64,000 nt of DNA from Sminthopsis crassicaudata (lineage: Eukaryota), in contig NC_133619.1 of the NCBI RefSeq assembly GCF_048593235.1, positions 645,336,558 to 645,400,557 on the forward strand, read 5' to 3'. Positions 54,500 through 64,000 of this stretch are shown in pieces. A program made the position numbers and the translations under genes. Under the pieces are notes generated by a model. The model ran no database searches. It was given only the letters and a program-made list of their open reading frames with translations, and was not told where the DNA came from. Each line of letters begins with the position of its first letter. Positions within the stretch are counted from its first letter, which is position 1.

Positions 54500-56220
54500 C
54501 CCTTCCGGCTGCAAATCCATCTGCCCGTCTGTCTGTCTTCCCATTCATCTGTGCTTATTTCTGTCTATCTGGATGTCTGTCCATCTTCCCATTCATCTGT
54601 CTGCCCTTCTGTCTGTCTGTCTGTCTGCAAATCCATCTGTCTGTCCGTCTATCTGTCTGTCTGCAAATCCATCTGTCAGTATATCTGTCTGTCCGTCTGT
54701 CTGTCTTCCCATTCATCTGTCTGCCCTTCTGTCCATCTGTCTGCAAATCCATCTGTCTGTCCGTCTGTCCGTCCATCTGTCTGCAAATCCATCTGTCCGT
54801 CTGTCTGTCTTCCCATTCATCTGTGCTTATTTCTGTCTATCTGGATGTCTGTCCATCTTCCAATTCATGTCAGCCCTTCTGTCCGTCTGCAAATCCATCT
54901 ATCTGTCCATCTTCCCATTCATCTGTCTGTCCATCTCTGTCTTCCCATTCATCTGTCTGTCCGTCTGCAAATCCATCTGTCCGACTGGATGTCTGTCCAT
55001 CTTCCCATTCATCTGTCTGCCCTTCTGTCTGTCTGTCTATCTGCAAATCCATCTGTCCGCCTGTATGTCTGTCTGTCTTCCTATTCATCTGGCTGCCCTT
55101 CTGTCTGTCTGTAAATCCATCTGTCTGTCCATTTTCCCATTCATCTGTCTGTCCGTCTGTCTGTCTGTCCGTCTTCCCATTCATCTGTCTGCCCTTCTGT
55201 CCATCTGTCTGTCTGTCTTCCCATTCATCTGTCTGCCCTTCTGTCCATCTGTCTGCAAATCCATCTGTCCGTTTTTCTGTCTGTCTTCCCATTCATCTGT
55301 CCGTCTGTCTGTCTTCCCATTCATCTGTCTGCCCTTCTGTCTGTCTGTCTGTCTGCAAATCCATCTGTCTGTCCGTCTGTCTGTCTGTCTGCAAATCCAT
55401 CTGTCAGTATATCTATCTGTCTTCCCATTCATCTGTCTGCCCTTCTGTCCATCTGTCTGCAAATCCATCTGTCTGTCCGTCTGTCCGTCCGTCTGTCTGC
55501 AAATCCATCTGTCTGTCCGTCTGTCCGTCTGTCTGTCTGTAAATCCATCTGTCTGTCCATTTTCCCATTCATCTGTCTGTCCGTCTGTCTGTCTGTCCGT
55601 CTTCCCATTCATCTGTCTGCCCTTCTGTCCATCTGTCTGTCTGTCTTCCCATTCATCTGTCTGCCCTTCTGTCCATCTGTCTGCAAATCCATCTGTCTGT
55701 CCGTCTGTCCGTCCGTCTGTCTGCAAATCCATCTGTCTGTCCGTCTGTCCGTCCGTCTGTCTGCAAATCCATCTGTCTGTCCGTCTGTCCGTCTGTCCGT
55801 CCGTCTGTCTGCAAATCCATCTGTCCATCTGTCTATCTGTCTTCCCATTCATCTGTCTGTCCTTGTTTCTATTTATCTGGATGTCTGTCCATCTTCCATT
55901 CATCTGTCTGCCCTTCTGTCCATCTGTCTGTCTGCAAATCCATCTGTCTGTCCGTCTGTCTGTGTGTCTGCAAATCCATCTGTCCGCCTGTCTGTCTGTC
56001 TTCTCATTCATCTGTCTGTCCATCTGTCTGTCTTCCCATTCATCTATCTGTCCGTCTGTCTGTCTTCCCATTCATCTGTCTGTCCTTGTTTCTATCTATC
56101 TGGATGTCTGTCCGTCTGCCCTTCTGTCCGTCCGTCTGTCTGCAAATCCATCTGTCCATCTGGATGTCAGCACATGATCCGTCCATCTGTCCTGCCCATG
56201 CATCTGTTTTTCTGCCCATC
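54500..56220. repeat. Complex (TCTG/TCCA)n-derived satellite between the NR1H2 and ACP4 5' ends
   Basis: ctgtctgcaaatccatctgtctgtccgtctgtctgtcttcccattcatctgt variants over about 1.7 kb. Confidence 0.95.
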
Positions 56221-56463
56221 CAGATCTTTCTGCCTGCACCCGTCTGTAGATCTGCCCGGGTTTCTCACAGGCTGCAGAGAAAGTCTGGGGGCAGCCTCCT
56301 GCCTCCGGAAGCCGCCTGGACTTGAGCCTGTGGGCAATGATTAGGGGTTGGGGTGGTGGGGAGGTAATGACTGGGTGGGGCGGGCAGCAGGAGGTGGGAG
56401 GGAGCAGGCGCGGGGCGAGTAGCTCAGTCCTATCTGTGTGCTCCAGAGCCAAGACGGGCGGCC

Positions 56464-59268
56464 ATGGGGGGTCCCCATCACCTGAGCCCCCTCCTGCTCC
56501 TGGCCTCCCTCCTGCCCCTGGGGGGGAGCTTGCCTGAGCCCCGGAGGGGACCATTGCTTTTCGTGACGTTGGTGAGGCCCGTGCCCATTTCCAGGCCAGC
56601 CCGGGGCTCTGCTGAGCCGGTCCTCATCCCAGACCCCCCCCATTTCACCAGGTCTATCGCCACGGCGACCGTGCCCCCCTGGATTCCTACCCCACAGACC
56701 CTCATCAGAACAAGACCCTGTGGCCCCAAGGGCTAGGCCAGCTCACCCAGGTGAGAGACCAGGGAATGGGGGGGGAGGCGAGGGTGGCCCCTTACTCCCT
56801 AACCCCCCATCTTCAGGAGGGCGTGCAGCAGCAGCTGGAGCTGGGCCGCTTCCTAAGGGACAGATACCGCGACTTCCTGAGCCGGGAGTATCATCGGGAA
56901 GAGGTAAGGCGCAAATCTGGTCCCTCCAGCCTCAGGCCCAGCCCCTCATGACTTCCCCTCCCCCGGCCTCCCGGGCCCAGGCCCCTATGACCTTGCCTCC
57001 CCGGCCTCGGCCCCAGCCCCCTTTACCTCCCGCTGCTTCCCCAGCTGTACGTGAGGAGCACGGACTACGACCGCACCCTGCAGAGTGCCCAGGCCAACCT
57101 GGCCGGGCTCTTCCCCGGGTCTCCCAGCAGCCCTGGCTGGATGCCCGTGCCCGTCCACACCGTCCCGGCCACTGAAGACAAGGTCAGGGAGAGGCTTGGC
57201 GGGGGAGGCAGGGGGTCGGGGAGCAGCCCCGGCACACTTCGGGGAGGGGGTCCACTAAGCTGGCGGCCCAGGCTGGCCTCTCCTGAGGGGGCGGACCTGG
57301 CCTTTGCACCAGGGAGCATCCAAAGGGGGGGAGGGAGGAGGAGGGGGAGGAGGGGAAAAAAAAAGAGGAGGAGGAGGGGGAGGAGGGGAAGCAAGAGGGG
57401 GAGGGGGGGAGGACAGGGCCAGCAAGGAGGCTTGGCCAGAGGGGGCGCTGAGTGGGCCGGCCCTGCCCAGCTCCCAGGCTCCCTCCTGCCCCCTGCAGCT
57501 GCTCAAGTTCCGGACCCGGGGATGTCCCCAGTACCAGAAGCTGTTGGAGGAGACCGTGGCGGGAGAAGAGTACCAGGCAGCCCTGGAGGGCTGGAGAGTG
57601 AGGGGGGAAGGGGGCCGCATGGGGGGGGCCCTGAGGGTGGGGGAAAGCGGGGGAGGGCTCCAAGGCCCCTCTAGCCGGGGCTCCTTCCCCCCAGGACTTC
57701 CTGGTGCGTCTGGAGAACCTCACGGGGCTGTCCCTGGCCGAGGGGCCCCTCCACAGGGCCTGGAAAGTGCTGGACACCCTGACCTGTCAGGTAGGTCCCC
57801 GCTCCCCCGCCCCCGCCGCGCCCCCCAGTCGGCGCCCCGCCCCCACCCTGCCGCCTTCCTCCCTAGCGCGCGCACGGGCTCCCCCTGCCTGCCTGGGCCA
57901 CCCCCGAGGTGCTGAGCTCCCTGGCCCAGGTGTCGGCGCTGGACGTCCGAGCCCACGTGGGCCCCCCGCGGGCGCAGGAGAAGGCGCGGCTCACAGGCGG
58001 TGAGTGGGGGCGGGGCGGGGGCGGGGCGGGAGGGCGGGGGCGGAGCTCAGGCTGCCCGTGCCCACCCCCAGGAGTCCTGCTCGATGCCATTCTGAGCAAC
58101 TTCACCCAGGCGCAGGCCCGCGGGGGGGCCCTCAGGATGGTCATGTACTCGGCTGTGAGTGCAGGGGGGAGTAGGGTTGGGGGGATGGGGGGGTTGGGGG
58201 GGTGTGGGCGGGGCCCGGGGTGGGGGGAGGGTCCGAGGGGGCGGGGCTGGGGCCCTGAGTGCAGGTTCCCTCCCCAGCATGACAGCACGCTGCTGGCCCT
58301 CCAGGGCGCCCTGGGCCTCTATGACGGGCACCATCCGCCCTACGCCGCCTGCCTCGGGTTTGAATTCTGGAAACATCTGGGGCAGCTGGAACAGGAGGAG
58401 AAGGAGGAGGAGGAGGGGTAGGCCAGAAGGGAGCTTGAGGCTGAGTGGAGTGCCTCCCGTGCCCCCTGGGTGCCTCCCGTGCCCCTGAAATCTTCCCGTG
58501 CCCCCTGGGTGCCTCCCGTGCCCCTGAAATCTTCCCATGTCCCTGGGTACCTCCCGTGCCCCTGGGTACCTCCCGTGCCCCTGAAATCTTCCCATGTCCC
58601 TGGGTGCCTCCCGTGCCCCTGAAATCTTCCCGTGCCCCTTGGGTACCTCCCGTGCCCCTGGGTGCCTCCTGTGCCCCTGAAATCTTCCCATGTCCCTGGG
58701 TGCCTCCCGTGCCCCAAATCTCCCTGTGCCCCCTGGGTGCTTCCTTTGCCCGCTGGGTGCCATCCCTTCCTGCAACCCTCCCTCTTGGGGTGTCCTGTGC
58801 TCTGGGGGGAGGTGGGACAGGGGGTCTGAGGCAGACCCCGGCCCCGGAGCCCCCTTCCTCCATGCCCCCTCACCCACTCTCTGTCCCCAGGAACGTCACC
58901 GTCTCTCTCTTCTACCGGAACGACTCTTCGCGGCCCCCCCTGCCCCTGGAGCTCCTGGGCTGCCCCTCGCCGTGCCCGCTGGGGCGTTTCCGCCGGCTCA
59001 CCGCCCCGGTGCGCCCACCCCCTGGGGGACCGCTGTGCCGCCCCCCCGCCGAGGACGCTGCCCGTGCAGGTGGGCCCGCTGCGGGCCAAGGGCTGGGGGA
59101 CGGGCCGGGGCTCCGGCTGGGACTCACCCGCCTCCTTCCCCCTCTCCTGTAGGTGCTGCCGTGCCCCTGCTGGCCGGGGCCGTGGGCATGCTGGGCATCC
59201 TGAGCTTGGGGCTCGGGGCTCTCCTGTGGAGCCGGGGCTCTGCGAGACCCCAGGAAGGCCCCATCTGA
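56464..59268 (+). CDS. ACP4: Acid phosphatase 4 (testicular acid phosphatase, ACPT); 11 exons, ~425 aa, type I membrane histidine phosphatase
   Basis: Exons 56464-56571, 56652-56750 (RHGDRAP), 56817-56903, 57045-57182, 57499-57597, 57695-57790, 57867-57999, 58072-58154, 58278-58417 (HD motif [13 protein letters not shown]), 58891-59069 and 59153-59268 (TM helix). Total 1278 nt, in frame. Confidence 0.95.
58449..58735. repeat. 19/38-bp minisatellite in ACP4 intron 9
   Basis: gtgcctcccgtgcccctgaaatcttcccatgtccctgg and its 19-bp half-unit. Confidence 0.9.
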
Positions 59269-59373
59269 GAGGGCCGGAGACCCCCGGCCGGAGGGCTCAT
59301 GTGGGCCATCCTCGGCTCCAAGCATAAACCTGATGAAGCTCTGGGAAGGGGGTGTCCGTGTGTGTTTGGGGGC

Positions 59374-59602
59374 CCTCGTCTTGACATAAACATTCTTATC
59401 ACCTTCGCACTTCTGTCAACCATTTTAGGCGGATGAGGGGGCCTAAACCAAACCCACATTCTAAAAAATCTAGCCCACTCCTCTATCGCACACATAGGCT
59501 GAATAGTAGTCATTGTTCACATTAACCCAACAATAACAATCCTCGACTTAACCATCTATATCTTAGCCACATTGACCACATTTATAACCCTCAACATTAC
59601 CC
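59374..59602 (+). pseudogene. MT-ND2: Nuclear mitochondrial DNA segment (NUMT) derived from ND2
   Basis: AT-rich island in GC-rich DNA. With the vertebrate mitochondrial code it reads [72 protein letters not shown], with two in-frame TGA=Trp. Confidence 0.92.
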
Positions 59603-60124
59603 CCTCGGTTCCTACTTTTGGGGGCTCGGGAGGCCCCCTCCTAATGAGAGCTTTAATGAAGCGCTCGGGGGGAGGTGCCCCCAATCTCTTAGCCCCCACC
59701 CCCTGCACACAGCCTCACACCCCACAACAGTCAGAGAACACAAAGTGGTGACCTTAGGTCTGGGCCCCCTGCCAGGAGCCAGCCCAGTGCTGGGAAGGGG
59801 CTGGGGGCCCAGAGAAATCTCGAGTGAGCCCTCGGGACTGAGGATCCTCCTCCTCTGAGCCCAGGGCTGGCCCAGCCCAAGAAAACGGGGTGTCCGGACT
59901 CATCTTGCAGAGTCCTGTTTGGGGAAACTGAGTCCTGGGAAAGGTCAGCAGTGGCCCAGCGCCTTCCAAAAAGGACCCTGACCCCGGGAAGGTCTCCCGC
60001 ACCCTTTCCCTGGTAGAAAAAGGGAGACTGGAGGTGGGGCAGGGAGTGTGTGGCCCTTCCTGCCTGGGCCTCTGCAGCCTTGGTCTGGCTGGCCATGGGG
60101 GCCGCCCTCACTGCCCCAGCCCCC

Positions 60125-60608
60125 CCCCCCATATCCCGCATTCTAAGGTTTCTCCCTGACATCCCACCTTCTAAGCCCCCCACATCCCACGTTTTAAGGT
60201 TTCTCCCTGACATGTCATGTTCTAAGGTCCCCCCATCACATCCCACGTTCTAAGGTTTCTCCCTGACATCCCACCTTCTAAGGCTCCCTCTTACAGCTCA
60301 CGTTCTAAGGCCCCCCCATCACATCCCACGTTCTAAGGTTTCTCCCTGACATCCCACCTTCTAAGCCCCCCACATCCCACGTTTTAAGATTTCTCCCTGA
60401 CATGTCATGTTCTAAGGTCCCCCCATCACATCCCACGTTCTAAGGTTTCTCCCTGACATCCCACGTTCTAAGGTTTCTCCCTGACATCCCACCTTCTAAG
60501 GCTCCCTCTTACAGCTCACGTTCTAAGGCCCCCCCATCACATCCCACGTTCTAAGGTTTCTCCCTGACATCCCACCTTCTAAGGCTCTCTCTGACATCCC
60601 ATGTTATT
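60125..60608. repeat. 23-28 bp minisatellite with higher-order structure
   Basis: Variants anchored on ttctaagg (…tttctccctgacatcccacc, …ccccccatcacatcccacg, …ctccctcttacagctcacg). Confidence 0.92.
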
Positions 60609-60879
60609 AGGCCCCCTTGCTGACCCTCTGTCCCCAGGCCCGCAGCCCCCACTTTCTCCAATGAGTGCTCTCCCCTGCTCCCTCCCCAGCAGCTTGAGCT
60701 CTGAGGGGGAGGATCGGACTGAGTCACCTCGGCTGGGGGTGGGGGTGGGGGGTAGGTTTTAGTCCCCAGAGGGGAAATGAACACTGTGTGTGAATCTAAC
60801 AGCTGCTCCCACTGCTCAGGGAGAAAGACTGAGGTCCACAGGAGGGCAGGGCTTCCCTCAAGTGGCTCCGCATCTCCAG

Positions 60880-61130
60880 GGTCCGAGCCCAGGCTACTGG
60901 AGCGCGCACGGCGGCTCCCTTGGGAACGAGCGTGCTGCCTGGGCACACGCACGACGGCTCTCCAGTAGGGGATGGAGCGGCGGCTTCTCAGGCCCTGCCT
61001 CAGAGCTCATTCGCCTATGGTGGCGCACCTGATATGCGCCTGCGCAGAAAAAGATTAAGGGCGGGCCTGGGGGGTGAAGAAGGAGGGGCCTGACTGGCCT
61101 ACGGGGCGTGATCCCGAGTGATGAGTGACA
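60880..61130. promoter_or_regulatory. Orphan CpG-rich promoter-like element
   Basis: CpG cluster with NRF1-like TGCGCCTGCGCA (~61035-61046), GC box GGGCGGG (~61059) and a pyrimidine run CTTTTTCT on - (61053-61046). Confidence 0.4.
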
Positions 61131-61419
61131 GCGCAGGGGCGGGCCTTCCTCGGCAGTCACACCAGGATTTTTTCCTTTTGTCCCTCAGCCGCCCTCCCCG
61201 CGCGGGCCTGGAGTCCGGGAGACCCGAGAAGCTGTGCGACCCTGTTCGCCTCAGTCCTCTCAGGTGGAATTGGGGGCACAGAGCGCCGGCCTCCCGGGGT
61301 TGTCGGGAGACCGCTGATTGTAGGGGCGAGGCTGTCCCTCTGGTCCGGGAGGGCGCCAGCCTCCGGCCGGCCCCCTGCAGCTCAAACGCCAACTGCTGTG
61401 GAGTGCAAGCTTTCGCGGC

Positions 61420-61850
61420 CTGAGCCCCCACTTTCCAGCCTCTCCTCCAGTCCGGGGGGCCGCCATCCTGAGCCCCCACTTTCCATCCTGTCCTCTGGCC
61501 CGAGGGGGGCCCGCCAGCCTGAGCCCCCACTTTCCAGCCCGTCCACCAGTCCGGGGGGCCGCCATCCTGAGCCCCCGCTTTCCAGCCTCTCCTCCGGCCC
61601 GAGGAGGGCCCCGCCAGCCCGAGCCCCCACTTTCCAGCCTCTCCTCCGGCCCGATGAGGGCCCCGCCAGCCTGAGCCCCCCGCTTTCCAGCCTCTCCTCC
61701 GGCCCGAGGAGGGCCCCGCCAGCCTGAGCCCCCACTTTCTAGCCGGTCCACCAGTCCGGGGGGCCGCCATCCTGAGCTCTGGCTTTCCATCCTGTCCTCC
61801 GGCCCGAGGGGGGGGGCCCGCCCTCCTGAGCCCCCACTTTCCAGTGTCTT
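61420..61850. repeat. ~51-54 bp minisatellite (about 8 copies)
   Basis: cctgagcccccactttccagcctctcctccggcccgaggagggccccgccag variants. Confidence 0.92.
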
Positions 61851-62800
61851 GCCTGGCTGCCCCACACTGACCTGACCTGCTGGCTGTGTGCATCTCTCTG
61901 CCCCCCTCCCCCACGGTTCTCCCTCCTGTGCTCTGACCACTCACCTCCCTCTCCCCCTTTGAGTCCCAGCTAAAATCCCCCCTCCTCCAGGAAGCCTACC
62001 TCCCTCACACCCTGGAATCCCAGCCTCCGCTCTGTGCTTTTCCCCCCATGACCCTCCCTGTATCTTGTTTGAACGTGGACTTTGGCTCCTTGTCTCCTCC
62101 GTTATATCATGAGCTCCTCCAGGGCAGAGCCTTGGGTGTCCCCAGAGCTCGGGCCAGTGCCCGGCATACAGTGGGCGCTGCATAAATGCTTCTTGGCCGG
62201 AGAGCACGTGGTCCGTGCTGAGCCGGAGGCGGCGCTGCCTGTGGCTGCTGATTTCAGTTCCTCCCAAGGCTCTAGGCTCCATCCCTCCGGGTCTACTCCC
62301 CCCCCCCAAATTCAGCACCTCTGCTTAGAAACAGCAAATCACTTTTATTTTCGCAAACCGCGGCGGGGTAAAGCTCTTGTGTTCGTCTTGTTCTTCGGGA
62401 GCTGTGGGGCTCCCGCGATCTGGGGATCTCGGCTTCCAGCCACAGTAATTCCCTCGTTCCCGAGGTTCTAGGTTTTTCTAGGATATTTCTAAAATAAGGA
62501 AAAGCAAGCAAGCCTGAAGCCCGCAGCATGTGAGCCCCCTTTCCCAGAGGAGGAAGCTGGGGCTGAGGAGGCCCAGAGCCGGGGAGCCCGCCGGCGAGAC
62601 CAGGCCGCTGGAAGATGAAGGGGGGCGGCTCCTGCTCGGAGCTCCCCGGGGGCATGGGTGGGCGTCCTTCGGGACCTTCCCTGGGAGACGAGCTTTAAGG
62701 GCGCTTGCCCCGCCCACGTGCCCTAGGGCCCCGCCCCTTCTCAGCCATTGGCTTCCTCAGATATCGCCCCTCCCCCCGGCCCCGTGGGCCCTCCCCTCAC

Positions 62801-63091
62801 CTTGGACGCGCAGCTCCACGTAGTCGCTGGGCGGGGAGCCGGCGAAGGGCGCGGCCGTCTCGAAGTAGAGGCAGCTGTAATTGCCCGCGTGAAAGTCCCA
62901 GACCTCCCGGAGGACGAAGTCGGCCTCCGGGCCGGGGGCGCTGAGCACCTGCAGGGGCCGGTCGCTGTGCTGCCTCAGCAGGGCGAACCTGGCGTGGGCC
63001 CGGCCCCCCCGGCACTGCAGGGTCACGTTGGTGCCGGGAGCGATCACGGCGTCCTGGGGCTGGACCCACAGGGTCGGCTTGGGCAGGGTTT
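62801..63091 (-). CDS. Single C2-type Ig-domain exon of a leukocyte receptor complex-type gene (LILR/OSCAR/TARM1/A1BG-like); the rest of the gene was not located
   Basis: 291-nt phase 1-1 exon (ctag|AAACC...CCAAG|gtgagg) encoding ETLPKPTLWVQPQDAVIAPGTNVTLQC...ADFVL...AGNYSCLY...SPPSDYVELRVQ. The LPKPxL start, NVTLxC, YSCxY and S-P-S-D-x-V-E-L end are typical of the LRC Ig family. Confidence 0.85.
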
Positions 63092-63635
63092 CTAGACACA
63101 GAAAAGGCCACACGGTGTTAGCTGCAGGAGCGGGGGAGGGGCAAGGCGGGGGGGGGGAGGGGGCTAGCACGCAGAACGTGCGAAGTGGGGGGGGAGTGTA
63201 ACAAAATCATAGAGTTGGAAGGGAGCCTAGAACATAAAACTTGGTCAGGAGAGGCCGATAATGGAATCAAGACCGCCTCACAGAGCAGCAAACAGCGGGG
63301 AAGCGGAGGCCGGGGACCCCGGAATCGCAGCTGCCCTGGGGCCGGCGGGGGGCCTCTGTTCTCCATCCTCGTCCCCTCCGATGAGTGGGCGGCAGAGGCC
63401 CAGGGATGCCCGGCCCGGGTCCCTAGGAAGCAGGGAGCCAGCACGAAGTCACGGACAGAGCCCCGACTTCGGAGCGCTACCTGGAACAAAGTCTAGACGC
63501 CCTTAGCCGGGTCACTTGCAGACTCGGCTGTTTCCCGAAGGGCTTTGGGAAGATGAGATAATATGCGGAGCGGTTCGCAAAGTAAACTACCGCAGTTTTA
63601 GCTGATTCTAACCCGATTCTAACCGGATCAAGCAT

Positions 63636-63860
63636 CAGCAAGCATTTATCGAGCACCTACTGTCTGCCAAACGCTTGCTACGGCCGGGCAGCGAATGGAA
63701 GCGTTCCTGCGTCCCGGGATCCCCCTATTCTCATGAGGAGACACGCGTGTAACGGACGCAGCAGTTATGAAGTCGACGAAGACAAAACCACCCAGACTGC
63801 GGAACACAGGGGAGTGGGGGGAGCTTTCCTGGGCAGGGACAAAGGGGTCCGTTGGACTGC
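63636..63860. mobile_element. Ancient L2/MIR-type 3'-end fragment
   Basis: caagcatttatcgagcacctactgt motif. Similar tails occur near 23945, 24920-25190, 49915 and 62165. Confidence 0.45.
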
Positions 63861-64000
63861 ACGCCGAGAGAAGACGGCTCGGACCGTCTGTGAAGGGCCT
63901 TACGGGGAGAACAGAGGCTTCGGGTTTCAGTCAGAACTAATTTAATCTAACGAGACTTCCTAGGAATGCTCGGGTTGCACAGTGAGCCGCAGGTCTGACC

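Noticed and set aside
54089-56177. Cys/Ser/Val/Pro-rich 240-600 aa ORFs resembling metallothionein or keratin-associated proteins
   Set aside because: They are translations of the (TCTG)n satellite, with no splice or promoter support.
61108-61200. C box GTGATGA suggesting a + strand box C/D snoRNA
   Set aside because: No D box (CTGA) or terminal stem within a plausible distance.
62478-62640. GLVSPAGSPALGLLSPSFLLWER as a degenerate LRC transmembrane exon for the Ig gene
   Set aside because: It is proline-interrupted, lacks the conserved Arg, and has no good acceptor in the required phase.

Overview
This is vertebrate genomic DNA, very GC-rich and gene-dense, and almost certainly from a marsupial. 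The evidence is a Mar1-like SINE, a solo LTR and an ND2 NUMT carrying the marsupial-type NQTH motif; a dasyurid origin is only a guess. The window is orthologous to human 19q13.33. I walked seven genes exon by exon with consistent splice phases and intact reading frames: EMC10 (-), GARIN5A/FAM71E1 (+), MYBPC2 (-), SPIB (-), POLD1 (-), NR1H2/LXR-beta (-) and ACP4/ACPT (+). One exon of an LRC-type Ig-domain gene (-) lies at the right end. Almost all long ORFs in the track are artefacts of low-complexity or tandem repeats, or are antisense shadows of exons. The most notable observations are: (1) a ~230 bp mitochondrial ND2 insertion just 3' of ACP4; (2) a ~2 kb VNTR in GARIN5A intron 1 carrying 13 exact copies of the authentic 5' splice site; (3) an apparent inversion placing ACP4 head-to-head with NR1H2, followed by an LRC-like Ig exon; (4) conservation of the secreted-EMC10 cassette exon; (5) a GC-AG intron in MYBPC2; (6) a duplicated splice donor in SPIB; (7) an unusually high density of intronic minisatellites. 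Exon coordinates were counted by hand and may be off by a base or two. Homology calls are from memory of the human proteins, not from a database search. I found no evidence of a wholly new biological system.
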